Positions 50,690 through 63,200 of a stretch of DNA of 64,000 nt are shown in pieces. A model generated the notes under the pieces. It was not told the origin of the DNA. It searched no databases and was given only the letters and a program-made list of their open reading frames with translations. The stretch is from Hemiscyllium ocellatum (taxonomy: Eukaryota). The translations under genes were made by a program, and so were the position numbers. The DNA lies in NCBI RefSeq assembly GCF_020745735.1, contig NC_083417.1, forward strand, positions 72,230,001 through 72,294,000, in the 5' to 3' direction. Within the stretch, counting starts at the first letter, position 1. Every line of letters begins with the position of its first letter.

Positions 50690-52050
50690 CAGCTCTCTAT
50701 GTCTGTCTCTCTCTATGAATCGTTTCCTGTCTTCTATATATGTCAATTGCTATTTTGAATTCTCTCTGCCTTTCCCTCTCTCTGTTGTATTCACTATTTG
50801 CCATACTTTCTCCCAGTTTCTTTGTCACCCTTGCTTAGTCGTGCTGTCTAAATCCCTCTGCAGCTATCCCTTTTTGCCCGTCTCTGCCTTTGTCTTTCTG
50901 ATTACTTCATGATCTTGAACTCTCTACTGCTCTCTCTCCTCTGCTGGTCATTCTTGTGTTCTTTATCTGTGCCTTTCTCCCTTGATCTCAATCTTACTAT
51001 CTCCCTATTATTATCTCTCTCTATTTCTCAATCTCTGTCTCTGTCCCTTTGAGTCTCTGTCTCTGGCTCTCTGTCCATCTTTGTGGCTCTTTCTCACAAT
51101 ATTTGGCTGTTCCTCTATCTCACACTCTCTTGCTGTAATTCTCTTTATCTGTCATTCTCTCTGTCTGTCTCACTATTTTTTGCTTTCTTGACCCCTCTAT
51201 TTCTATAAATCTCTGTTTACGCCTGTGACTTTTTGTCTCAATCTGTGTCTCTCATCCCATGCGTCATTCTCTCAATTTCTCAATCTGTCATTTCTCGGTT
51301 GGTCTCCCAGTGAAGCTCTGTCTGTTTCTCTCTATCTCTCTCTCTATCTCTATCAGTTGCTCTCACAGTACTGCTGTTTTTCTCTCTGTATATCTATCAA
51401 TCTCGCTCACAATTTTCCTGTTTTTCTCTCGCCCTGTCAGTCTTTCTGACACTGTCTCTGTTTCTCTGACTGCCTCCCTCTCTCTCACTTTTATTTTCTT
51501 TCTTTGTGTCACTCCATTTCTCCTTCTGTATCTCCACATTTTCTCTCTCTCCTGGCACTCCCTCTCCGTGAACCTCTCACTGTATCAATGTCTATCTGTT
51601 AGTTCCTCTGATAGTCTCTCTGTCACTGTCATTGCATATCTATATTTGCCATTCTGTCTGTATCTCTCTGTCCATCTTTGTTGCCATAAATCTCTGTCCC
51701 TGCCTCTATCTGTGTCAATTGTTATCACTGTATTTCTTTCTTTCAGTCTCCCTGTAATTCTCTTTCTACTTTTCTCTGTACATGTCTGTCGCTCTCCAGG
51801 GCTTTCTTTGTATTTCTCTCTCTGTGTGTCTCTCTCTGCCTCGAGTTAGAAATCATTCTGTTTCTAACCCACTCTGCATTGTTCAGTACTCCTCTATTAC
51901 TCACTTTCTCTGTCGTTTATTCTCTCCCTCTGTTCCACTGTGTTAGTCCCTTGTGTTCTGTGCCTCCATTGCACTCTTTGTTGATCTGTGACTCTGCCTC
52001 TTTGTTTCTCTTCCATGTGCTCTGTGCCTCTCAACTCATGCACTGTCTCT
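50690..52050. repeat. Degenerate (TC/TG)n pyrimidine-rich low-complexity tract
   Basis: Directly visible; the ORFs here are L/S/C-rich artefacts. Confidence 0.9.
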
Positions 52051-52099
52051 TATTAATTTCATTAAACTCCACCAAAACAACTGTAAGTTCATGTCCTGA

Positions 52100-55000
52100 A
52101 ACTTCTCAAAAATAAGCAATGAGAACCTTCCACCTTACCAAACTCGAGGATTAAGTTTCAAACTGATGTGGTGCCAACACAAAGTCACTGTCTGTTTCTG
52201 CCGAATAAATTGCATCATTAAGTATTTCTGTTGACATGCATTGTGTTTCTTCATAGATACCAGTTTGAATAGCTTCTGAACTTGCAGAGGTTGTCAGCTC
52301 AGCTTTCAATTTGTCAACAGAACTTTTGACATTCTCATGTCTATGCAACTTTTATGCCTTTCTTCAATTAGATTTCAAAAATGATACCACAATGTTAATG
52401 TTCATGAGAAACTTGCAATAAAATCCAATTATGTTATCTTCTCACAATTTTCCATTTAGTCTGAGACAAGAGAAAATCTAAAACAAGTTTCCCACTCTTT
52501 GGATGCTACTAGGCATTGCCCCCCGTAAGTCACCTTTCCTTTTTCAAATTCCCTTTTAGGTATATTTATAATTGATCAGTCTGGTCAAGTGGTTGCAAAT
52601 ATTCTTTCCAGGTTGTTTGATCACAACAAGTTGCCAATGTAAACTATACTGTTAAACTGCCACTGAGTGACTTTTTCCATTTATTGTTGCAACACATTGG
52701 AACATTTCTGATCCTAGGTGGCATGATTTTTAATCTCATATTCCAAATGCTGATACTTTTCTCTTTGTACCAGGACATGGAACTTGCCAATATTCCTTTA
52801 AATAATTCAATTGTGGTGAAGAATTGTTCATGTTCAATTTTTTCAATTCAGTTTTCCAAATTTGGTATATGTTATGAGTTAGCTTTCTCTTTACTGCATT
52901 GCCATTGTGATAATTCAGAATCGTTCCAGCCAATCTGACATCTGCATAATCACAATACATGAGCTCCAGCTTCTATGACTGGCTCAGTCATGTCATTGTT
53001 GATTAGGAACATAATCTATTCTCTTGTCTGCACTGAATTTCTTGGGATTCGGACTGAAAGGATGTTGTTTTAAATGTAACATACCGCTTAAATCAGGTTT
53101 TTGGTTAAATACATGCGTTTTTCCTGACCTATTCGTATGACTCAATTTCTAAGCCTGTACTAGCCTTTGTAAGTCATTCTGTTAGTGATCCCAAGGAAAT
53201 AATATAATGCTACCATAACTTTGGGATCTTTGATATTATCCAGTTTAATTGCTGGTGGATGAAGTTGTGCATTTGCAATTTTGACTCATTCTCCAACGCC
53301 ACGGTAGTTTCATTTCATGCCTTCCAATCGAAACATTTATATCCTGACAATCCCCTTCCCATGATATCACTTTATCACATTCATAAATGCTGTCTTGTCT
53401 ATTATGGTCTCTACATTATTAACATCATCCAGCTCCTTTTTGATCTGTAAGATCCAATGAACCTTACTCTCAATAATTCTTCAGAGAGAAGAAACAATGC
53501 TAACAATTTGTGTATTGCAACAAAACTTCACATTTTGACATATTTAACTGTCAAAGATTTCTTTGAACACTCTTCAAAAACCTTTTTGTTAAATTCACTC
53601 TCTGAAACTTCAAACTTAGCCTGGAAATGTAAATTATTCACTTTTATTAAAGAACCATTCAATAACACTCAGATATTTAGTATGATGGGATTTCTGAAGA
53701 GGGTGTTTATTTTAATCGCCTCAAATCAATATCAGCTTTTTTGCATTTCTGTTAATGAAGTTAGGATAAACATGTCAACCTTTAAACAATTTATTTTAGT
53801 TTTCGACAGTTGTGCTGGACAAGTGAATTTCCTAATCAGTGTTTTATTTCAAAGATTCTTGTCTAATTTTGTGGTCCTTTGACCTAATTGAAATCCACGA
53901 TATTCCTCCTGTAATGTCTTATTTGTGAAGATGGAGGCAGTGGAGTAGGCAGTGTCCAGGCTCCTGTGCCTGAGTTTGTCCTTTTCAGCCACTTACTTTC
54001 TTTCTCTTTTTCCTTTTTGTCATTTTTCTTATCTCAGTTATATTTAGTTTTCACTCAAAAGTACTTGATGAAGAGAACTGTTCAGTAGGAAGGCGGCTGC
54101 AATGGTGTCTGGAGTGGTGGCAGCATCTTCAGATGCAGTGTAGCTGCACAGTCGGTTGACCTGTGAAGTCTGGAGCAGGACACTTGTATCTGCATGTAAT
54201 GGGTCCCTGGTGGTGGCATGGTATGGACTGGTGCAGCCTGGAGCGGGACTTTGGAGATTGCTTGGAATGGGCTGAGAAGATTGGGGCGGGACTCTGGTGG
54301 GAGCATGGCATGGGCAGGGAAGCCTGAAGCAGGATTTCAGAAGCAGTATGGTGTAGACTGCGAAACCCAGAATGGGACATTGGCAGCAACATAATGTGGG
54401 CTGTGAAGCCCTGAGTGGGATTGTCACAGTCCAGAAGGAAACGTTGGACTCAAAGTTATCTTTCTTTATTTTCATTTTCTTAAAGTTAATGAGAATGGCA
54501 CCTATGCATGACGACAGTACACACTATTCACTGTATTTTATGTTGAATGCCCTTGACAACAAGTGATTCAATGATTAAACGCTGTTGAAAAGGTCACTAT
54601 GTTTCAAAAAAGCTGGTAACTTTTTTCAGCTAACATTGTTTCCTTCCATTGGGATTTCATTCAAAAGTCAATAACAATGTCTCCAATTATTGAGTCATTC
54701 ATTTCCATTCCAGTTTGAATTCGAGATTTATTCTTCAAACAGCTATTTGTTCTTAACTTCTTCAGTCTAAGTTTCTTTCTGTCCAATTCATGTTGCCCAA
54801 CTGCACTACTCTTTTGTAATTTTAATTTTTTAAATGCCTTCTCGTTTTCATTATATTTCATTTTTTTCTAATTTTGATTTACATTGTTCTCTGCTGTCTT
54901 CATTTTTTCCCCAACTCAAGCATTCCTCTTGCCCATTCTCTTTTACTTTCTATCTCCTGTCTTTCAATTGCTATTAGCCTTTCACTCTCTTCCATTTTAA

Positions 55001-55560
55001 ATCTTCTTAATCACTTTCTGTCTTGCTTCTCTCAAACTCAAACCTTCTTTTCTTTAAAATAGCTATTCTCATGTTTTGGCCATGGCATCTGAATTTTAGT
55101 TTTCCTCACTTGGAGACCAGTATAAGTGATATCTGACAAGGAATTGGACCAAGATCCTTGAGGGGAGGTTTGTTAATTCTGTTGCAGTGGATCTCATTTG
55201 GACCGGAGAGCTGGTGGCAGTTCAGAGGGGAGGGAAGATGAGAATGAATTAAAAGCTAATGCGTGTAAAAGTAATAAAAAGCTAAAAAGATCAATTGATA
55301 AGTTTAACAAGGCTAAATGTTTTAACTATTAATTTAAATATTTAATGCGAGAAGGTTGAGCATTACCTCACTAGTTGAGTGTAACCAACAAGTGGAATCA
55401 ATGGAAACATTCCTTCAATGTGATTCTTGCAGACCAGGATGTTAAGAGTGACAACTCCTTGGCAAGTAATATTAAGGAAATGTAGCAATGTATATGTATG
55501 AATTATATTGTTTAACATGTTAAACTGCTTAGAATGACGTTAAAATATAATGTATTTACG
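52100..55560 (-). mobile_element. Probable old Gypsy-type LTR retroelement remnant
   Basis: Minus strand has a gag-like charged coiled-coil (HELDRKKLRLKKL, 54661-54861) and weak integrase C-terminal-like residues near 52400-52500; heavily decayed. Confidence 0.4.
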
Positions 55561-55689
55561 TTTCTAAATATGTTATTTTAATTGAAATTGTTGGACAGGA
55601 CATAGATATAGACGATTATGGTGTTGCCCGGGGATATTTTCTATTGACGTGATTCTGAATTGGCCAGTTTCTTGACGAGTCTGTGCACT

Positions 55690-55855
55690 GATTAGATTAG
55701 ATTAGTTTCAATACAGACCCTTTGGTCCAACAAATCCACACCGACCCTATGAAGTGTAACCCACCCAGACCCATTTCCCCCTGAATGATGCACCTAGCAC
55801 TATGGGCAATTTATGCAGACACGGAGAGAATGTGCAAACTCCACACAGACAGTCA
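55690..55855 (-). mobile_element. HE1-type SINE fragment
   Basis: (attag)n tail and reverse-complement core. Confidence 0.75.
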
Positions 55856-56663
55856 GCTCTTGCAATTTTCATTTGAGCCTCCTGATGATGCTAAGGAGTA
55901 CCATGAGAAGTCAGTTTGGGCACATAGATTATTTTTAAAAAAATCATTCACGGGACCAGTTGGTCACTAGCTAGGTCAGCATTTATTTCCCACCCTTAAT
56001 TGCCCAGAGGATATTTTAAAGTCAACCACATTGCTGTGGGTTTGGAGTCACATGTAGGCCACACCAGGACAGGATGGCAGGTTCTTTCCCTAAAGGGTGT
56101 AAGTGAAGTGATTTGTTCATTTGATGTGAAGTGGTCTATTTATTTTCATTACATTGCAGCAGTTTTCAACAAATGTGTGATGTCCGAGCCCATTTTAAAA
56201 CGCATGTGTGAATCAAGCTTGTGACTGTGGACCTGGAGTCACATGTAGGCCACAGCAGACAGGCATGGTGGACTTTCTTCTCTCAAGTTCACTTAATGAA
56301 GCAGATCAGTTAGCGCAATAATGCACAAGTCGACATTAGATTAGCTTCTAATTCCACTTTAAAACAAAATGCTACACCATCTCGCATGCTGAGGTTCAAA
56401 GCCAGGCCACTTGCAAATTTTTTAAGATCAGGATCACGAAGCCATAGCATTATGCCACCACTTGCCTTATCCAACTCAATATGATTTTAATAAGAAGTAT
56501 TATTCACTTTACATTAGTAAGTAATGTACCACCATGGTAAATCTGAAAACTTAAACCTGCCAATCTTACTGTCCATCATATATCTCATCTTGTTTCCGTT
56601 GTCATGTTTCTTCAAGGAATTCCAGTGCATCACTAAAGGCTTCAGGGTGATATTGTAGTTGCA

Positions 56664-57105
56664 ATGCTGATGTGTGCTTTTATTTGCACAGCATTAGTTG
56701 CATCCTTAGTGCTCTTCATCACAATAGTCGGTGATAATTTTATCTCTTTAAAGCTCCTTGAATTAGCTTTTGCTTTTTTCTATCTGGAACCAATTCTGTC
56801 CTTGGACATATCACTGAGAGTCTTATCCTGTGCAACAACTTCTCAAATTATATCCATTTGAGTTATTTTTTTGTCATGACAAGCTCACAATTTCTTCACA
56901 TGATGTGTGCCTCCACAAAACAACAGATGTATTCGTATCCTTTTGTATTCATTATGAACAATTTGTCTTTAAGACTATATTTTGGATGTGCCTGGGGTAG
57001 CGCATGTGGTGAACTGGTTATAATTTTTACCATCTACAGATTTACTTCACCTGGTTTATAATTTATCATGATAACCGAAATCTTCCAAATAGATTGTGAA
57101 TTCAG
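56664..57105 (+). pseudogene. Candidate leader (56664-56730) and decayed, internally deleted V exon (56884-57105) of a paralogous pseudogene
   Basis: Hydrophobic MLMCAFICTALVASLVLFITIV ends at a phase-1 GT; 153-nt intron (gene: 150); phase 1-1 segment with Cys at the same position 28 and a Trp 17 residues later; many stops. Confidence 0.4.
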
Positions 57106-57719
57106 GTAAAGAGCTGAATAACCATATGCATACTGTGTCGCCTACACCTTCATAATGTGCTCGCCTTCATGCAAGTACTTATGCAAGTTTTGTTTTTAAT
57201 ATAACATGCACGTGAAGCGTATTATTTATGAAGAAGGATGTGGACTTAGCGCTTCATGAACCACGCATATCGTCCCGCGTACACACAGGATAATAAAACC
57301 GATGATTTCCATATTATGCTTTGTTCAGAAAATCTATTGTGATTGCTCATCAAAATTGAATTCGTGACTATCATTGACAATTTCCTTCAGTGTGACTTAT
57401 TGCAATGCGTGTTCTTCCTGCTCATGTTGTTACCAGATTAAACCATAACCCTTGATTTTACCTTTCCCCCCTATAAATACAACATCCTTCATTTAAAAAT
57501 GCTCCTCACGATTGTAACTCTTTATTTGGTCCTTTTACACTTTCTTTAATCTTTTACACTTTCTTTAATCTTTTAACTTGTTTTTTGCCTGATGGCATTT
57601 ATTTTCAGCAGAACAGACAACCTTAAGGCAGAAGCTTCTAATTCAGCAAAATAAAGCTTCCACAGCTCTTCCGATAGAGTTGCATACATCCTCAAGAACG
57701 ATCATTCGTCTGATGTGAT

Positions 57720-57856
57720 AGGTTAAAACAAGGACTGCAGATGCTGGAAACCAGAGTCAAATTAGAGTGGTGCTGGAAAAACACAGCAGATCAGGTAGCA
57801 TCCAAGGAACAAGAAAATCGACATTTCAGGCAAAAGACCTTCATCAGGAATAGAAG
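57720..57856 (-). mobile_element. Short Penelope-type element with hammerhead-like core
   Basis: Minus CTGATGA-AGGTCTTTTGCCT-GAAA-TGTC; 10-bp repeat ctgatgtgat at 57710-19 and 57857-66. Confidence 0.7.
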
Positions 57857-58508
57857 CTGATGTGATGATTTTCCAATGACTATGGTTGTGACAGCAGATG
57901 CTATGTGTATGTGATATGAACCATTCATTAGAATGTGTTTTTTTTCATTTCCTCGGCAGTTTATCTTGGAGCAGCAAATGAAGAGATTTCAATCAATGAT
58001 CGCAAGACCTGATATCTCATGTGAGGTTAAACCTTTATTATAAGTGTTATCTGTTTGTCTATCACTTCTCTGGCTATCTAGTTTTCTCTCTGTGAACCAT
58101 ATATCTATCAGCATATCATCACTTTCTGCCAATTGTATAAACGTAAGTGTGTCTCCTGCTAACAATTACGTCATATTCATTCTGATGTGCTAATGAGCGA
58201 TAATATTTACACAATGGTATTCACAACTTTTGCTGAGAAAAAATGGCAAATGAAATCAAACCAAAAATGTAATAAATAAATCAACTGATATTGTTGCAGT
58301 TTTAATCAAATATTAGCAGGAAATATTAAGACAAATGTATCTGATGATTAACTGTGTGAGATAAATAGTAGTTTTTAATGTTTTCATAACCACAAAGTAT
58401 TCTTATTTTTGAAGAATACCTCATGTAATAGAATCCCTTAATTACATAAACCATCACACAGAATTCTGCTTTTGAATGTGATGACATTTCCCTTCTTCAT
58501 AAATTGAG

Positions 58509-58814
58509 CTGCTCCAGTTCTCATGAAAATTATTCGCACAACATCCGTAGGGAGTTCATTTTCTTCTCGTGTACTTGAATTCAGAGCGGCTGTATTTTAC
58601 ACAAAATAATACCAACTCACTTGGTATAAGAATGGTATTGAAATTCTGGCTGGATTTAAAACTATACAACGCACCAATGCACAGGGAGTTGATGAAGTAT
58701 CCAGCTTATTAACCGAGATGCAACTTGGACATAGCAGTGTAGATTATACCTATAGATAATCGCGTGTTTCACTCCTGACTCCAGCAATTACCATCTACAC
58801 ATTTGGCACCAGAG
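58509..58814 (+). pseudogene. C1 pseudo-exon paralogous to exon 3
   Basis: LEFRAAVFYTK*YQLTWYKNGIEILAGFK...VSSLLTEMQ...DYTYR*SRVSLLTP aligns with LVCETDDFYPE..FNWYKN..ASSTLQESQ..YICLVSHSTLQSP; both Cys lost, stops at 58607 and 58757, AG/GT in phase 1-1. Confidence 0.85.
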
Positions 58815-59299
58815 GTGATGTAAACTTATTCATGTCGAGCAGCTAGTCATTGAAAATAGAACAGATTTTCACAGACAAAAAAGTCAGTCTTCAAACAAAG
58901 AAAAAGGAATAGTTATCGATTTAATGTTCTTCTGATGCGACGTTCACTAATAATTTAGAAAGAAAGAGGCGGTAGCAGAGTAACTATCAGTGCAACATGT
59001 GAGTGACAGTGCAAATAATTATAGTTTTAATGTTTTGATATCCACAATGTTCTTGGGGAATGCCTTATGAAAGAGACAGATCCACTCCTTGTTTGAGGAG
59101 CATGACTTCTAAATTACTCATAAATATAAACATGCCCTCAAACCATGTTTTTGTCATTTCACATTTGTTGTTTTGGAAAAACAAATTATGCCCATGTAAT
59201 GTTTGGCATCTATTCCACATCACATGCCGTATGTCATAGAGTGGTAAATTCAGTGAAAGAGTAGCAAACGGTCAGACCACAACAATACCAGAGACAGTA

Positions 59300-60230
59300 T
59301 GCTCCTGTTAGCGCGAAGGGCAAGACTGGTAGGTGAAGGGAATGCTGGATGACTGGAGAAATTGAGGTTCTGGTCAAGAAAAAGAAGAAAGATCATATCA
59401 AGCAAAGACAACAGGAATTACTGAATACTTAGACGAGTATAAGTGCAGTGGGAGCAAACTTAAGGGGAAATAAGATGAGATATCTTACTTGATGGAAACA
59501 GGCCCTTCATCCCAACAAGTCCACACCGACCTTCTGAAGAGGAGTAATCCATACAGACCCCATTCCCCTACATTAACCCTAATGTACCTAAGACTACGGG
59601 TAATTTAGCATGGCTAATTCACCTGATTGTGGAAGGAAACCCATGCAGACACAGAGAGAATGTGTAAGCTCCATACAGACAGTCGCCCGAGGCGGGAATT
59701 GAACCTGGTCTATAGCATGGTGATGCAGCAGTGCTAACCACTGAGCCACCGTGCCGCCCTAAGGCAAAAATGTGGGCATGAGATAGCTTTGGCAAATAGG
59801 GTTAAGGAGAATCCAACCGGTTTCTACAAATCCATGAAGGTCAAAAGAGGGCGAGAATGTCACCCATATTTGGAATCACAGGAGATGGATGAGATACCGA
59901 CGAGTATTTTGCATCAGTGTTTACTGTCGAGTGAGATATAGAAGCAAGTGAACTTGGGAAATAAATAGCATATCCTGAAAAGAGTCCATAATACAGAAGA
60001 TGTGCTGGACATCTTAAAATGCATATAGGTGGTTAAATACCTGGGACCGGATCAGGTCTATCCGAGAACTTAATCAAAGGAGGGGCAAGTGATTACTGGC
60101 CGCCTTGCAGAGACATTTCTATCATTGATAGCCACAGCTGAGGTGCCAGAAAACTGGACGTTGGCTAACATGGTGCCATTATTTTAGAAAGTTGGTCAGA
60201 AAAAGCTAGGTTTGTTGAGAACTTTAGGAA
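59300..60230 (+). mobile_element. CR1 LINE fragment with a nested minus-strand HE1 SINE (59490-59760)
   Basis: EPWMTGEIE..VKKK, LANRVKENP..FYK, PGPDQVYP motifs around a SINE. Confidence 0.8.
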
Positions 60231-60376
60231 ATAAGGAGATGTAAGTCCAGATCAATTAGTTTGGATGGAGTAAAGTAGTAATGCATGACTTAGATACTTA
60301 AGGGACTGCTTCTATGGAATTTTCTTTAGCATGTGACATAAAGAAGGCATGAATTTTCATTTTTATTTCACTCCAG

Positions 60377-60420
60377 GATAAATATGGAAATTTTCACGAA
60401 ATGATCAGCATCAAGCAAGG
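60377..60420 (+). pseudogene. Possible linker pseudo-exon of the downstream pseudogene
   Basis: Strong acceptor (ttttatttcactccAG) and donor (AGG|GTAAGA); 44 nt is phase 1 to 0 like exon 5 but contains a stop. Confidence 0.3.
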
Positions 60421-62579
60421 GTAAGATCTAAAACTACAGTCTTTTTGTTACAAATGAATGCAGGATCTAAAGATTTGATGTTTGCTTCAATCTGTACAGA
60501 TATATAGTAAATACAGGTTCTGGAATTGTCTTGGAATTTCTATGAGGTTCCCCTTAAGCATGTAGCTATTCAGCACATTTCATGACAACAATAAAATGAT
60601 TTATTCCATTTGAGTGTTGAAAGTCATTTTGGAAAATCTGACGCATGAACCACAACTCTTGCTTCCGACGGCACATGCAATGAAGGTGGCAATCTCATTT
60701 ATAAGAACTTCGACACAGCACAAAATACACAGAAAGCCACGATACTGCACATTGAAAGAAAGGCTTCGAGCCTGTGACGAGTTTGAGTTCTAATGGAAAA
60801 AAATATCAGAATAGTAACTATAACAATCTATGTAACTCTATGCCGGCAAGAATAGCAATTTACATTGCCAACAATTGTGTCGGCGTAATTCAAGCAGAAC
60901 CCACTACTTCCTGTGTTCAGTTCCAATTTTAATTAATGTGTCTCTTAAAGAAAAGGGCTCCATTTCACGCTGAGCTGAGCAGAAAAGGCAAATGCTCCAT
61001 CATCCAGTTTATCAAATATGAAAGTAAACAATGCATTGAAAAAGCGAGAGGCAATTTTGAACTTGGAAAGCAGTGCAAAAGCACGATATGGTTTCAGGAA
61101 ATCTCAATGGCTTCAGTTGTCATTGAAGTGAATGGTAACTGAAAATATGAATCGGGGTACCACCAGTTATCCTGCATTTTACACTGTCCTTCCTATTCCA
61201 TCCTAACCACACTTTCTGAAGGCGCCATGGAAGTGTTTCGTCATCTGGCTGGCAGTTTGCCAAAAAAAAACCCAAACAAATAAATTTTAGCCGGATGTGC
61301 CGGATTAGGTGCAATGCCAAGATAATAAGGTTGATCCTTTTCTCGCGGATGAAAGCAAATGATTGAAAAGGTGGAGCATTATCTGGAAATAAAAAAGTAG
61401 ATGGAGATGGTAATGATCTGCTCGATTAGACCCTCCGCTAGTCATTAAAACTATTGACCAATATAGAATATGTAACCACCCGGCAAAACATTATATAAGC
61501 GTTTAATTATTCTGCCCACTTAACCAGACTCGCTGTGCATGTGTACAAAGACATTTTCTCACAGATGTTAAAGAAACCCATCTTCTTTTAAAGATTAGAT
61601 TTAGATTTATTGTCACATGCATATAAAAATCCGGATAAAGTACAAAGTATGAACAAGCTTTGGCGCCATTTGAAACACTGACTAAAATGAAAGAATTTAC
61701 TGGTTCAGTCTCTGAAAGTATTTATTTAAACCAGCCTTAAGCAAGACTATGTCCTTCACTTCTCAGCGGTGAAAAACAAGCAGTAGCATGGTCTGACATA
61801 CAAATTACAGAAATAGTTCCATGGTTATGTTACAAACCGTTCGCCATCATTTGACAAAATAGAACCCAGCGTCAGAAATGCACAATGCAATTTAATTGGC
61901 GTAGGTTTTCCACAAGGAGAACAGTCTCTTCACTGTTAAGACCTACTTTGGCCATGTGTTCCTTATAATGCCGGCTTCACAAGATATAATTCCAAAAGTA
62001 ATGCCACGATAAATCCTCAAGATTTAATTTAAAAGGATGAGCAATGGACAACTGAGAACAAGCTGACACATGCACAAGAGACTGGACATGATCGACAAGA
62101 ACAGTAAAATTTAATGGAATGGGAGAGAGTACCGTCTATGCTCAGGTATAATGGAGACTGGGAGACACATAAATAGCGGAACAAAGTTTTCTTGTCTTGC
62201 AAGTGACAAATAGTCTGCTTCATATTCGTTTACACAGACCAAATACCAACTTCTTGATCAACGGCATTACACGTCTTTGAAAATGACAAATCCCAAGAAA
62301 ATGACTGTACCTGAAATAAATAAAGCAGAAACGGCATTTACAGCCAAGAAGGACGAGTAAGTATGCCAAAAGACCAAAAACAAGCAATCATGATCCGAAT
62401 TTTCATCTGGAGCTTTCTGTACAAATCAGCTAGTTGTGCAGCTTCTCGCAAATGTCATTCCATAATACATTATCGTTGGCTGGAAACACAAATATGGTAC
62501 CAAGACATGTGCATGCGCATTGAAGCAGGGGTGGCCCTTGGTTTCCTAAGCCTGCTTCGCCATTTGAGAAACTGATTGT

Positions 62580-63200
62580 GGACAGAACTCTACTTTTCTG
62601 TAGAACCCCGATATCTTCCGATTCCCTTGTCAGTACAAAAATCCATTTAGTCAATTCTATGTCTGTCTGCACTGCTCACTAGGTTAGAATATCCCACAGG
62701 CTAAGAAGTGTCCGAAAGAAAGAAAATATCTCCTCAAAAGCAATTTAAATATGAGATGCCTGATTTTATTTTTTTCTGGGCTGGCCAGGTTTACTCTCTC
62801 CCATTTCCATATATAGAGAATAATCTCTCAGTCCGCTCAACTACAAGGACTACCTTAAAATCACCATTAATTCTTTTGACTTCCAACGGATACAGGGCCA
62901 ACTTTCATGGAAGTCCACCTCTTCCTCCCAGGAATTAGTGAAGTGGACGTTCTTTAAACTCCATGTAATACAACTAAATGCTTTCTGCAACAATGAAACC
63001 CGAATTGTCTATTCATTGCATCAACAGCTTTCTAATACATTCCCCTTGTGAAAAAAAATGCTTTGGAATGTCATTTCGGAAAGGAAACTCTGCCATCGTT
63101 TCCAAGTCTGGCCTACATGTCACTCTAGATACAGAACAATACTGTTGGCTCTCAACTGCCTTCTCGGCACTGAAGATAAACAATAGGCTTGGCCTCGTCA
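62580..63200 (-). mobile_element. Degenerate CR1 3' fragment plus LINE-tail repeat
   Basis: Reverse complement resembles the CR1 3' end and the gagtcacatgtaggcc repeat also seen at 56000-56330. Confidence 0.6.

Noticed and set aside
51225-52115. Long hydrophobic ORFs (up to 196 aa)
   Set aside because: Products of TC-rich low-complexity sequence.
53457-53882. 141-aa + ORF
   Set aside because: No motifs; lies antisense to a decayed retroelement in AT-rich DNA.
54044-54566. Several overlapping ORFs in a GC-rich patch
   Set aside because: Open in multiple frames with no domain; consistent with retroelement sequence.
61149-61205. ITAM pattern ESGYHQL-x8-YSIL
   Set aside because: In-frame TGA just upstream and no usable acceptor; such patterns are expected by chance in six frames of 64 kb.
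62029-62223. Minus ORF with VSQSP resembling a V-domain start
   Set aside because: No Trp strand, wrong Cys spacing, no convincing YYC or J motif.
62266-62430. Hydrophobic minus-strand frame ending GTVIFLGFVIFKDV* with a strong acceptor at 62311
   Set aside because: No recognisable family or partner exons; cannot be supported without a search.
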